Source: Vampirovibrionaceae bacterium NZW_1234 (GTDB lineage: Bacteria; Cyanobacteriota; Vampirovibrionia; Vampirovibrionales; JAGQHJ01). From it: a stretch of DNA of 64,000 nucleotides. Made by a program: the position numbers and the translations under genes. The DNA lies in contig JBGUGD010000001.1 of the NCBI GenBank assembly GCA_041697335.1, positions 79,598 through 143,597 of the forward strand. Direction: 5' to 3'. Below, in pieces: positions 1 to 9,493 of this stretch (position 1 is its first letter; every line of letters starts with the position of its first letter). The notes under the pieces are model-generated. The model did not search any database. It saw only the letters and a program-made list of their open reading frames with translations, and was not told the origin of the DNA.

Positions 1-231
1 ATTGACCGGCTTGGCATTTTCAAGGATGTTCTGGCCCGCATTGCAGATATCAATACCAACGTTTCCAACGCCAGAGTGAAGATGTTGGCCAATAACACTG
101 CACTTATCGAGGTGACGGTTGACATTGCCGATTTGGATCATCTGGAAAAAGTGAAAAGAGTGATTGCCAAGTTGAGTGATGTAATTTCCGTAACCCGGTC
201 TCAGGTTCGTCCCTTGAAAAAGAAAAGCTAA
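1..231 (+). CDS. 3' end (C-terminal ACT/regulatory domain) of a RelA/SpoT-family (p)ppGpp synthetase/hydrolase; partial, enters the window in frame 1
   Basis: Frame-1 translation ...IDRLGIFKDVLARIADINTNVSNARVKMLANNTALIEVTVDIADLDHLEKVKRVIAKLSDVISVTRSQ... matches the conserved C-terminal ACT domain of RelA/SpoT; stop at 229-231. Confidence 0.6.
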   Translation: MDRLGIFKDVLARIADINTNVSNARVKMLANNTALIEVTVDIADLDHLEKVKRVIAKLSDVISVTRSQVRPLKKKS

Positions 232-382
232 GGGTGTTCGCATCGGTTATCTTGGGTGGTTGACGGGTTACCCCGGCCGGAAAGATTTCGTATAATGAAG
301 CTACTGTAGAGGGCTGGGCTCGTCATATCAGGCCTGCCTGAGCATTTGCACCGGTGTGATAATAAAGCAGAGATGGGTGGCT

Positions 383-1186
383 ATGAACATATTGGATTCC
401 ATCATTTTGGGAATTGTTGAGGGCGTAACAGAGTTTTTACCAATCTCGTCCACAGGGCATATGATTCTGACCAGTCACCTGATGCACTTGAACGATCAAT
501 TTGTGGATACCTTTGAGGTCGTGATTCAGTTGGGCGCCATTCTGGCCGTGGTTGTCTTGTACGCCTCCCGCTTTAAAATGCTGCTGAAGCCCAGTGAAGA
601 CCATGCTTTTTCGGGTCTTAGAGGTTTATTGCTCCTGATGGTAACCAGTTTTCCTGCCGCATTCTTGGGTCTGGTGTTGCACAAGAAAATTGAAACGTAT
701 TTGTTTGGTCCGGGGCCCGTGTTGGCCGCCTTGGTTGTAGGGGCGGTAGCTATTATTCTGGTTGAACGCCAAGTTTTTCGTCATTCGGTTCGCTCGCTGG
801 ATGATATTGGGTTTAAGCAGGCCCTGATGATTGGCTGTTTTCAATGCTTTGCACTTTGGCCCGGGATGTCTCGGTCCGCTTCAACCATTATTGGCGGCTT
901 ATTTTCCGGTTTGGAGCGTAATGTCGCGGCTGAATACTCGTTTATTGCGGCGGTTCCCATTATGGTAATGGCGACAGGGTATTCACTTGTAAAATCACTG
1001 GATCTGTTACAGGGATACAACTTAATGGTCTTGGCCGTCGGGTTTGTGACCGCCTTTGTTTCCGCCATTTTGGCCATCAAGTTCTTCATCCGCCTCTTGC
1101 AACGGTGGACCTTGGTGCCCTTTGGTATTTATCGCATTGGGCTGGCTATCGTCATGTTCTTCGTATTTCAAGCCACCGGTTGGTAG
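383..1186 (+). CDS. uppP: undecaprenyl-diphosphate phosphatase (UppP/BacA)
   Basis: MNILDSIILGIVEGVTEFLPISSTGH... is the hallmark UppP N-terminus; multi-TM protein. The ORF track begins at a GTG at 356, but the ATG at 383 matches family N-termini. Confidence 0.85.
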   Translation: MNILDSIILGIVEGVTEFLPISSTGHMILTSHLMHLNDQFVDTFEVVIQLGAILAVVVLYASRFKMLLKPSEDHAFSGLRGLLLLMVTSFPAAFLGLVLHKKIETYLFGPGPVLAALVVGAVAIILVERQVFRHSVRSLDDIGFKQALMIGCFQCFALWPGMSRSASTIIGGLFSGLERNVAAEYSFIAAVPIMVMATGYSLVKSLDLLQGYNLMVLAVGFVTAFVSAILAIKFFIRLLQRWTLVPFGIYRIGLAIVMFFVFQATGW

Positions 1187-1223
1187 TCGCCCTCCAAGGA
1201 GGATGCTAAAGCCGTATTTGGAT

Positions 1224-2093
1224 TCAGCTCAGGCTTTTCAAGGCTAGCCGGGCCACTCGCATGTTGTCGTCTTCGTAGAGAGCCTGAAAGCCTGAGGTTA
1301 ATTGGGCCACTTGATAGGGGTGGAACCCAAAGAGGTCCTGAATTTTTTGGGTGTAGTCCTTGGGCGATTTTGGGGATGTGTCAGCGGCTGCTTGCGAACC
1401 CAGAAGAAATCGCTTGCAATCCTCTGAAGCATGATCGACGGCAAGGGACGCCACCAGGCTCAGCCAGTCATAAGCACTATTGTATTGCTTGTTCTGGAGA
1501 GCCAGCGCCAGAATAAACTCATCCTTGGTTGCAGGATCTAAATCCACAACAGCATCGACGGCGGGTTTCAAAAGCATGGCCAGGTTTTTACTTTTGATGC
1601 TTTTCGGATAGCCCGGCACGCGCCCGAGCTCGGCATAGCCTGTGATGACCTTTTCTATCAGGCTATTCATCTCCATTAAAAGGTGATCTAATGCCTTTGG
1701 TTTTGGCCGATTCGGGTCCAGTGCTTCGTCCAGGGATTCCATAGGTCCTTTTGGCACTTTCGCCATTTGATAATAGGGAGAGGGCCCAATAATGATAGGT
1801 GAATAGGGATTGTTGGGATAGACCGGAATTGCAGCAAAGGCTCCGGGTGAAGCAAAAGGGATTGAACTGAGAATGCTGTGTTTTTTTTCGTATTCCTGTT
1901 TGCGTTTGGCTCGTTGGGCTTCTGCCTCAAAAATATGGGGAAGTTCAAAAAGCATTGAGCGAAGCAGATGTTTTACCGGGTACGGCCAATCCAGGGTGTT
2001 TTGTTCACCGAACCGGAGGGTGGCTGTTTGAGGTAAACCTCTGCGAGTGGGGCGTGGGGTGTGAGGAACACTTAAAACAGAATGGAGGTTCAT
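1224..2093 (-). CDS. hypothetical protein (289 aa), no recognisable domain
   Basis: Long ORF with no family motif recognised by eye. Confidence 0.4.
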   Translation of the reverse strand: MNLHSVLSVPHTPRPTRRGLPQTATLRFGEQNTLDWPYPVKHLLRSMLFELPHIFEAEAQRAKRKQEYEKKHSILSSIPFASPGAFAAIPVYPNNPYSPIIIGPSPYYQMAKVPKGPMESLDEALDPNRPKPKALDHLLMEMNSLIEKVITGYAELGRVPGYPKSIKSKNLAMLLKPAVDAVVDLDPATKDEFILALALQNKQYNSAYDWLSLVASLAVDHASEDCKRFLLGSQAAADTSPKSPKDYTQKIQDLFGFHPYQVAQLTSGFQALYEDDNMRVARLALKSLS

Positions 2094-2344
2094 GGTCCGA
2101 ATCCGTTTCTAATCGATATGACTGCTTGCAACCTGAGATTGAATCTAAACCTTAGTCTATGACAAACAACACCAAAGATGGGATGGAATTGTTTTGAAAT
2201 CCCACGGTATTACAGATTTGTAACATGGCCAAGGGGCACGCTCTGGGCATGGCTATGCTGCTCCTCCTTGAAAAATACCTTGGTTTGCATTATCCCTAAA
2301 TACATAATGTTACCTAAACACATGAGCAGGAAGAGGCGCGATCC

Positions 2345-3142
2345 ATGGCAGCGGTACAAGCAGAAATCGGCGTATTCGGTGGTTCCGGGTTTTATCAGTT
2401 TTTAGAAGATGCCGAAGTCGTTCAGGTGGAAACTCCTTATGGAATGACCAGTACAGACATTACCATTGGCACGGTTGCCGGTCGTCGTGTAGCCTTTTTG
2501 CCTCGGCATGGCGCCAATCATGCCATACCGCCTCATCTCATCAATTACCGGGCTAATGTGTGGGCCTTTAAAAAGTTGGGTATTACCCGGGTGATTGCCC
2601 CCTGTGCGGCAGGAAGCCTTCAAAAATATGTCCGCCCGGGTAGTTTCGTCATTTGCGATCAGTACGTTGACAGAACCAATGGCCGGAAAGATACCTTTTA
2701 TGATGGCCCCGTGACGACCCATGTGAGTGCTGCTGATCCGTACTGTCCGGAGATGCGCAAGTACGCTATTCAAGCGGCTCAGGAGTGTGGAATTGAACAT
2801 CACCCGGAAGGGACCATCGTTGTGATTCAGGGGCCGCGCTTCAGTACTCGGGCCGAATCCAATTGGTTTCGCAGTCAAGGCTGGGAAGTCATTAATATGA
2901 CCCAGTACCCGGAAGTCCATTTGGTCAAGGAATTGGAGATGTGTGTGGTGAACATCTCCCTGATGACGGATTATGATACGGGTATTCCAGGTGTGGAACC
3001 CGTCAGCCACGAAGAAGTTTTAAAAGTCTTCAGTGCGAATAACGACAAATTGAAAACCCTGTTGTTTAAGCTCATTGAAACCTTACCGACCGAGCGGCAT
3101 CATTGTGGTTGTGGGCACGTTCTGTCGCATGCCCGAGTCTAA
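2345..3142 (+). CDS. mtnP: S-methyl-5'-thioadenosine phosphorylase / purine nucleoside phosphorylase (PNP-UDP family)
   Basis: GVFGGSGFYQF...VETPYG...GRRVAFLPRHG..H.IPPH.INYRAN. is the MTAP signature. Confidence 0.8.
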   Translation: MAAVQAEIGVFGGSGFYQFLEDAEVVQVETPYGMTSTDITIGTVAGRRVAFLPRHGANHAIPPHLINYRANVWAFKKLGITRVIAPCAAGSLQKYVRPGSFVICDQYVDRTNGRKDTFYDGPVTTHVSAADPYCPEMRKYAIQAAQECGIEHHPEGTIVVIQGPRFSTRAESNWFRSQGWEVINMTQYPEVHLVKELEMCVVNISLMTDYDTGIPGVEPVSHEEVLKVFSANNDKLKTLLFKLIETLPTERHHCGCGHVLSHARV

Positions 3143-3151
3143 GAGGACCCA

Positions 3152-3433
3152 TTGCTGATGTATCAGTTGTTTATGTTTCTTGAACAGGTGTTGAATCTGT
3201 TTATGGTGCTGCTCATTATCCGCATTATCATGTCTTGGGTGTCGCCGGGGAACATGTACCGTCAGCCATTTCGTTTTTTGTATGCGGTTACAGAGCCTGT
3301 TATGGCGCCCTTTCGGGCTATTATTCCGCCCATTGGCGGGTTGGATCTGTCGCCAATGCTCTTGTTTATGCTGATAGGCTTTCTGCAAAACACACTGCGT
3401 CATCTGGCCGTGATGTCTTTGCGAGGAATGTAG
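3152..3433 (+). CDS. yggT: YggT/Ycf19-family membrane protein
   Basis: Small 2-TM protein with the IRIIMSWV motif typical of YggT. Confidence 0.7.
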   Translation: MLMYQLFMFLEQVLNLFMVLLIIRIIMSWVSPGNMYRQPFRFLYAVTEPVMAPFRAIIPPIGGLDLSPMLLFMLIGFLQNTLRHLAVMSLRGM

Positions 3434-3462
3434 GCAGCAAGCTCCCTTTTGGCTCCAAAGGC

Positions 3463-4077
3463 CTAGCTCAGCTTGCGTAAGGGCAATAAGTTGTTTTCCT
3501 GGGCTACGGGCTCGCAGTGGCTTGCACCATAGCGAGCCGGATTCTGGTTGCGTTGCCATTCAAAGGCACTTCCTTTGAAGGCCCGTCGGGTTCCACGGAA
3601 CTCAGTTTTGCGGATGACTTCGGCTTCAAATATATCGCCGCTTTCCACATGCACTGTGGTTTTTCGGAACGGATTGAAAACGGCGGGCTCGGATGTGGGC
3701 AGGTCCGTGTAGGAGGTGGACTTCATGGCCACGGCATACATGAGTTCGTATGCTTCAATGTGGTCCTTTTTAACCATTTTGGTGCCCTCCAAGCCACAGT
3801 GACGACAGAACTGTTGTACGGGCTTTATGTGGCCGGTCAGTGTTTGTTTTGGAACACGTCGAGCATTGCATCCTCGGCAGTGAAGAAATACCCATTCGAT
3901 TTTCACGCCATACCCACAATCGGGGCAATAGGTTGGGGCTTGTAATAAATTAACATGCGGGTGTGGACATTCCCCTTTTCCGAAAAGCACCTGAAAAAAC
4001 GCTTGAAATGCCTTAGCTAGGGTCACTAGGCTGCTCCCTTCTCTTCTCATATTTGTATTATAGAGCGATCTGTCCAT
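3463..4077 (-). CDS. Cys-rich zinc-ribbon protein, hypothetical; paralogue of 32901..33344
   Basis: CPDCGYGVKIEWVFLHCRGCNARR...CRHCG; the same CPDCG-x11-C-x-GC...CRxCG architecture recurs at 32901..33344. Confidence 0.5.
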   Translation of the reverse strand: MDRSLYNTNMRREGSSLVTLAKAFQAFFQVLFGKGECPHPHVNLLQAPTYCPDCGYGVKIEWVFLHCRGCNARRVPKQTLTGHIKPVQQFCRHCGLEGTKMVKKDHIEAYELMYAVAMKSTSYTDLPTSEPAVFNPFRKTTVHVESGDIFEAEVIRKTEFRGTRRAFKGSAFEWQRNQNPARYGASHCEPVAQENNLLPLRKLS

Positions 4078-4277
4078 GTTTCATCCACCACATGAAGGGG
4101 CTGTGTATGTGTCACATTGCTTGATTCTGCGCACGTTTAACCGCCCTATCCCCTCGTCCAATTGTTTTTTGAGCTATAGCGATTTTAACACTTTGTGCAT
4201 ATTCAGGGAATATATTTTGTCAAAAATGTAACGACCAGCTACTGATCCGGGAAAGAGCCTCAAGAATATTCTTTGTA

Positions 4278-4970
4278 TTACTCGGTCTCCAGGATCTGTT
4301 GGAGGAATCGGGTAGTATTTTGGGCGGCTCGAATACATTTGGTCGGAAGAAAATGTGTCAGGCGCCATTCTTTTGCGTCGAGGAGATTGCCTGTCTGTGT
4401 GTCCAGAACAATCTCATGGCGGTACCGGGGTGAGCCTTCCGGATAAAAACACAGGGAAAGTTGATGGATTTCAGGCGCATACTTGGCCTCATTGCCCTCA
4501 AGGTTCAGGGCTTTCGCAGAGTCTTCTTGGAATTTTGTGTCGAGTACTTTAGCAATGAGAGCCGGGCTGACAACGGCATGATGAGTTTCGAAGGCTTTTT
4601 TAAGGGTGCAGACATCCCCAGCCATTTCGCCGTATGCGGGATGACTTGTCGGTAGCTGACTTTCTTGACCCTGTGGACCTTTGACAAAGATGTCTTGTGT
4701 GAGTTGCCACTCAGCACCGAAGCCTGCCTTGCAGAGTTGATGATCGTTGGCATTGGACAAGGGCGTCATAACTTCGCCATACCCAAGTGGACCTTCCGCG
4801 TGGATGTAGAGAAAGGCTCGGTGATGACCCAGGCTGGGATGGAGACGAACCGGGCGGGCGGTATAGGTCACCTTATGACCCATGGCCTCGTTGCTACCGG
4901 AGGCTTTAAGCAAACCGCCTTTGAGGAGGTTGATGGTCTCTATTTTCCCAAACCGAATACTGCTAAACAC
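4278..4970 (-). CDS. hypothetical protein (230 aa)
   Basis: Long ORF, no recognised domain. Confidence 0.4.
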   Translation of the reverse strand: MFSSIRFGKIETINLLKGGLLKASGSNEAMGHKVTYTARPVRLHPSLGHHRAFLYIHAEGPLGYGEVMTPLSNANDHQLCKAGFGAEWQLTQDIFVKGPQGQESQLPTSHPAYGEMAGDVCTLKKAFETHHAVVSPALIAKVLDTKFQEDSAKALNLEGNEAKYAPEIHQLSLCFYPEGSPRYRHEIVLDTQTGNLLDAKEWRLTHFLPTKCIRAAQNTTRFLQQILETE

Positions 4971-5180
4971 GAGTCTTACCTGAGATTAAGATGGCTTTAT
5001 TATGATGAGGCGAATACATTCTTGATGCAAGCAGATGGTTATGGGTGGCTATCCCAGATCTAAATGAGCTTTGCAGCGCAAAATAAAGTTTGACAGCGCT
5101 TCGTCGAAGCCGAGACTAAAGGATGGCATGACGCGGATGTTTCTTGTGACCTCATTTCGGAATGAAAACCTGAGGACCGG

Positions 5181-7127
5181 GTGATGGGTGGATTTGCCGG
5201 AATTGTATGCAAAGACTTTCTTTCGGAAGAAGGCGCATCCAAAATTGTACACAGGATGCTAAAAACATTGGTGCATCGCGGCCCTGAGTGGCAAGGCACA
5301 GCTTTTATTCCTTATGGTGGTTTCGGGCATCAACGCCTCAGTATTCATGACCCCCGAGGTGGGCATCAGCCGATGCACCACCCTATGAAGCCTTATGTGC
5401 TGGTGTTTGACGGAGAAATTTATAATTTCCAGTCGCTTCGGGAAAAATTAATGGCTAAAGGGCTTGAGTTTCACACCCGAAGCGATACCGAAGTTCTGCT
5501 GATGATGTATGACCATTATGATGTGGACATGTTTACCTACCTGGAAGGTATGTATTCTTTTGCCTTGTGGGACGGCATTAAGAAAGAACTGCTTCTGGCA
5601 CGGGATCCGTTGGGCCAAAAACCTTTGTATTATGAGATGGACTCCCATGGGATTGCCTTTGCTTCGGAACTCAAGGCGATTCTAAAAGCTCGTGAAACCA
5701 AGCCGGCGTTGAACCCTGTGGCGCTCCAAAGTTATCTTGCGCTGCAGTACACACCTTCTCCAATGACCTTGTTTGACGACATCTATAAACTCCCACCGGG
5801 CTATATGCTGCGTTGGGCCATTGAGACGGGTGACTTGCAGGTTGACCCTATCTGGATCCCCGATGCCGAAATCTCCAAGGCGTTGACCCGCAATAAAGGC
5901 ATATCCATGGAGGACGCTTTAAAGGCCTTTGATCTCCAACTGCGCCAGGCTTTTGAGCGTCAGGTGGGCACCCTCGACATGCCCCTGAATTTGATGCTCA
6001 ACGATGGTCCTGGTTCTCGTATCCTCGCCGCATTGACTCGGGAATATACCAAGCATCCGGTTCATACCTATACGGCAACCTATACCCATGGGCGTGGGCA
6101 ATGCCGGGTTGCCGATTCGGTGCAATCCTGGGTAGGGCAAGCCGGGTACAGGCACCATCTTGTTGAGGTCGGTCCAGAGACACTGGAGCAACTGCCGCAT
6201 ATTTTGTGGCATATGGATGAGCCGGTGGCAGATCCGAATTTATTGGCGCTTCATACGTTGGCTCGGGTTGCATCCGATCACTCGAAGGTAACCTTGACAG
6301 GTCATGGTACCGCGCAGTTGTTTGGCAGTTTGCCTAAGTACAGTGCGTATCAAAATCTAAAGCCGTTTTATGCCCTACCCTCTATACTACGCAAATCCTT
6401 CTCGATTGCCTTAGGCGGAGCGCCCTTGTTTTTTCTGGGGTGGGATTCGTCTCAGTTGCTACAGGGGGTATTAAATAACTCCGATCCTTTAGCCATCTGG
6501 CATACGTATACGAATTTCCCCGAATATGAACGCCGTAAGATGCTGGCCCAAGGGCTGGCCTTTCCGGATAAACAAGTTCGGGTCTTTTCCACGGTGGGAT
6601 TTGACCCATTTGTCCAGTTGCAGTGGGATGACTTGCAGCATTTGTTGCCCCACAGCGTTCTCTTAGGCTTGGATAAGGTGTTTATGGCTGCCAATCAGGA
6701 AGTTCGACTGCCCTTTTTGGATCTGCAACTGCTGGCCTGGTCTATTGGACTACCCTATGGGTTTAAATGGAAGGGGCGGCAGAGCAAATACTTGCTCCGA
6801 GAGTACATTCGGAGGCGTTATCCGTCTTACAGCAATGGTATCCCTCAGAATGCTCAGGCCATTTCATCTCCTCCTTTGGATGATTGGCTTTATGCGCGCC
6901 TGGATGCTTTGGAAAAAAGTCTTCTGGAGAGTGCTTTATTCGAGGAAACTCATTTCTTTTCCCGCCCCTATATCCATAAATTATTTCAGCGTTATGCTGC
7001 CGGAACATTGCGTTCCGCAAATCCGATCTGGACTCTGATTGTACTAAAGACCTGGTACGATGCATTTTTCAAGTGTGACACCAAGGAGGGGCTTTGGGAG
7101 CTTCAGACTTTAGGTCGCGTTTATTAA
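5181..7127 (+). CDS. asparagine synthetase B-family protein with degenerate catalytic motifs (likely non-canonical/pseudoenzyme)
   Basis: Class-II glutamine amidotransferase N-domain (HRGPEW, FDGEIYN) plus an AsnB C-domain. The N-terminus is M(M)GGFAGI rather than MCG(I/F)AGI, so the nucleophile Cys is Gly. The PP-loop SGGLDSS is replaced by NDGPGSR. Confidence 0.7.
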   Translation: MMGGFAGIVCKDFLSEEGASKIVHRMLKTLVHRGPEWQGTAFIPYGGFGHQRLSIHDPRGGHQPMHHPMKPYVLVFDGEIYNFQSLREKLMAKGLEFHTRSDTEVLLMMYDHYDVDMFTYLEGMYSFALWDGIKKELLLARDPLGQKPLYYEMDSHGIAFASELKAILKARETKPALNPVALQSYLALQYTPSPMTLFDDIYKLPPGYMLRWAIETGDLQVDPIWIPDAEISKALTRNKGISMEDALKAFDLQLRQAFERQVGTLDMPLNLMLNDGPGSRILAALTREYTKHPVHTYTATYTHGRGQCRVADSVQSWVGQAGYRHHLVEVGPETLEQLPHILWHMDEPVADPNLLALHTLARVASDHSKVTLTGHGTAQLFGSLPKYSAYQNLKPFYALPSILRKSFSIALGGAPLFFLGWDSSQLLQGVLNNSDPLAIWHTYTNFPEYERRKMLAQGLAFPDKQVRVFSTVGFDPFVQLQWDDLQHLLPHSVLLGLDKVFMAANQEVRLPFLDLQLLAWSIGLPYGFKWKGRQSKYLLREYIRRRYPSYSNGIPQNAQAISSPPLDDWLYARLDALEKSLLESALFEETHFFSRPYIHKLFQRYAAGTLRSANPIWTLIVLKTWYDAFFKCDTKEGLWELQTLGRVY

Positions 7128-7327
7128 TCGGCAGAGCGAGCGGCTGCCAAACTACTTTTGTTGTAGCAGTGGAAATATTACTTCATTAAACCTGTCAGAT
7201 TCTTATGGGAAGTGGGTTTTGCAAAAAGAATGTAACGATTTGGTGACTATGACTTTGAATTGTTCTTGTCTGTGGCTATTATCATTAATAGCAACCGTTT
7301 CGGCTGGATAAAAGAGGAATCACGACC

Positions 7328-8047
7328 ATGCAAGCGTTACAAGAGAAGGTGGTATCTGTTCTCGATCATGGGTTTGTAGAGCTGGTAGGGGCTCTGGGGG
7401 ATGACTTAACGGTCGTAAATGCAGCTCGTGTGTCTTTTGGAAAGCGCAAAACCGAACTTTCCGATGGGGATAAAAAGCTGATCCGCTATCTGGCAGAGCA
7501 TCAGCATTGGAGTCCCTTTCGGCATGTTCAACTGCAGTTTCACTGTAAAGTTCCCGAGTTTGTGGCGCGCCAGTGGTATAAGCACGTTGTGGGCATTGCC
7601 TATTCCGAAGTGCCCACGGTGGATCACGCATGGAACGAAATCAGCCTTCGCTATGTGGATGCCTCTCAGTTTGAGTACTATACCCCTCAGGGGTTTCGTA
7701 AGCAATCTGAGGACAACAAGCAGGCTTCTACGGATGATATTCTGGAGGACGCGGGTGATACCCTACGCTTGCGCTATCAGGCTCATTCGAAGGCCGCCTT
7801 CGAACTTTATGAAGAAATGATCGTGGCCGGTGTTGCCAAAGAACAAGCCCGCGGGGTGTTGCCCTTGAATATCTATACTGAATTCTATTGGACAGCGTCC
7901 CTACAGGCTGTGGTGAATTTTATCAAACTACGACAGCATCCCGGTGCTCAGTTTGAAATTCGCGAATACGCCAACGCCATCCAAGACTTAACGAAGTTGG
8001 TGGTTCCTACCTCTTTCGAGGCTTTGCTGGGAGTCGACAGCCACTAA
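7328..8047 (+). CDS. thyX: flavin-dependent thymidylate synthase ThyX-family protein with divergent signature motif
   Basis: GFVELVGALGDDLTVVNAARVSFGK...LIRYLAEHQHWSPFRH...FVARQW aligns with ThyX; the canonical RHR-x7-S after FVARQW(F/Y) reads KHVVGIAYSEV...S. Confidence 0.75.
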   Translation: MQALQEKVVSVLDHGFVELVGALGDDLTVVNAARVSFGKRKTELSDGDKKLIRYLAEHQHWSPFRHVQLQFHCKVPEFVARQWYKHVVGIAYSEVPTVDHAWNEISLRYVDASQFEYYTPQGFRKQSEDNKQASTDDILEDAGDTLRLRYQAHSKAAFELYEEMIVAGVAKEQARGVLPLNIYTEFYWTASLQAVVNFIKLRQHPGAQFEIREYANAIQDLTKLVVPTSFEALLGVDSH

Positions 8048-8210
8048 GCTTATCTTCATGGGCTTGTGCCATGGTGACGTTGCCGAATTCGGCAGCATGA
8101 CTCATGTTGAACATTTGTAAATATTTTGCAGGGAATGAGTTACATGTCTTCCCATGTATCCTCATGGGCGGTATAAACATGATCAAACTCTAACTCTCTA
8201 TCCTTTGTTG

Positions 8211-8251
8211 CCCTTTAGCAGCTACTGCTAAGGGTTTTTTTTTGCTTAATT
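8211..8251 (+). terminator. rho-independent terminator downstream of thyX
   Basis: ccctttagcagc-tac-tgctaaggg hairpin followed by a T9 run. Confidence 0.6.
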
Positions 8252-8521
8252 GCGCAATACATGATGCTGTCCATGTCAGCGCCCCCTGCGGGCTGAAAAT
8301 AATGATCCTGTCATGTCTTTCGATGACCCGGTCTTAAAGGGTCATGAGGGACATGGGTGTGTTCTGTATTCAGGTTGGAAAAGTGCACTGGGTGTGCTGA
8401 TGACGGAACGGTCTCGTTGCAGGAGTTTACAACGAACCGGGAACTGTGATGCCCTAGACCGGCTTATGGAAAAACCGGCCTAGGGAAGAATTGTCTTATC
8501 AAGGAGGAAAGGACGACTATT

Positions 8522-8932
8522 TCAGGAACCCCAAACAAGTCGAGTGAGACTCATACCGGCCCAGACGGCCAGTAATCCAATACTGATGGAAGAAAGAATA
8601 TAAATTAAGGCTGAACCCAAGGACACTGAACCTGCCAAAGAATATGCTTCCAATCCAAATGCGGAAAATGTGGTGAACCCTCCGAGAATTCCCGTCATGA
8701 AAAAAAGACGCAAATCTTCTGGAATGGGAACGTTGCGGAATAGTTCACTCAATAAGCCAATAAAAAAGCATCCAATGAGGTTAACGCCAAGAGTGCCAAA
8801 TGGAAAGGATGTGCCTAACCAGTGGCTGAGGAAAATTGTGAGCCCATAGCGTCCAAGCGTACCGAGACTACCACCCGCACCCAGCAAGAGTAGTCGGGTC
8901 AACATGGGAGCTAGCTCCGGGTATGCTTCCAA
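8522..8932 (-). CDS. crcB: fluoride ion channel CrcB/FluC
   Basis: LGAGGSLGTLGRY...GTLGVNLIGCFFIG...GILGGFTTFSAF are the conserved CrcB motifs. Confidence 0.85.
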   Translation of the reverse strand: MEAYPELAPMLTRLLLLGAGGSLGTLGRYGLTIFLSHWLGTSFPFGTLGVNLIGCFFIGLLSELFRNVPIPEDLRLFFMTGILGGFTTFSAFGLEAYSLAGSVSLGSALIYILSSISIGLLAVWAGMSLTRLVWGS

Positions 8933-9414
8933 AAGGCTTCTGTGGTAAAGTCTGTGGCTTTAGGTTGCTCTGTGGCAATGGACACATGGTTGGGGGTAAA
9001 GATAAACACACCATCGCCAATCCGTTGTTGATTGCCATCAATGGCATGGGTGGCACCGGATAGGAAATCGACAACCCGTTGTGATTGGGCAGTATCCAAC
9101 AAGTGGAGGTTTAAAATAACAGATTTTTTTGCTCTCAGATGCTCAACAATTTCCAGAGATTCTTCGAAGGCTTTGGGTTCAATTACAATGACTTGGTTTG
9201 CCGTGGTTGGTTGCTGACCAGGATGATCAACAACTTTCAAACTTTTGGTGCGACGGGATACACGCTCTGTCATAGGTTCTTCCTGTATCATTTGGGTCGT
9301 CATCGGTTGATAAACGGAACGTTCGGTTTCAAATTCCTCATCAATAGAGTACACATCATCCTCAAAATCGTCACCGGTAACCCAACTCTTAATCCGATTC
9401 ACGAAGCCACTCAT
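8911..9414 (-). CDS. sepF: cell division protein SepF (DUF552)
   Basis: C-terminal VIVIEPKAFEESLEIVEHLRAKKSVILNLHLLDTAQSQRVVDFLSGATHAIDGNQQRIGDGVFIFTP matches the SepF core; overlaps the crcB start by 22 nt. Confidence 0.8.
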   Translation of the reverse strand: MSGFVNRIKSWVTGDDFEDDVYSIDEEFETERSVYQPMTTQMIQEEPMTERVSRRTKSLKVVDHPGQQPTTANQVIVIEPKAFEESLEIVEHLRAKKSVILNLHLLDTAQSQRVVDFLSGATHAIDGNQQRIGDGVFIFTPNHVSIATEQPKATDFTTEAFWKHTRS

Positions 9415-9493
9415 GGATATTCACAACCTCCTCGATTCTATCTATCCTTTGTTTCATTGTCATTGGGGTTTGTAGTAAGTGTGGTTTGTACGA

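Noticed and set aside
2402-3010. Long antisense ORFs inside mtnP and the ribosomal genes (for example 2402..3010 -, 24314..25069 -, 26083..26874 -, 51393..52253 -)
   Set aside because: They are opposite well-conserved housekeeping genes, so they are antisense artefacts.
8452-8487. Imperfect hairpin ccctag(a)ccgg-N12-ccgg(c)ctaggg downstream of crcB as a terminator
   Set aside because: No U-tract on either strand; possibly a weak or bidirectional structure, so not called.
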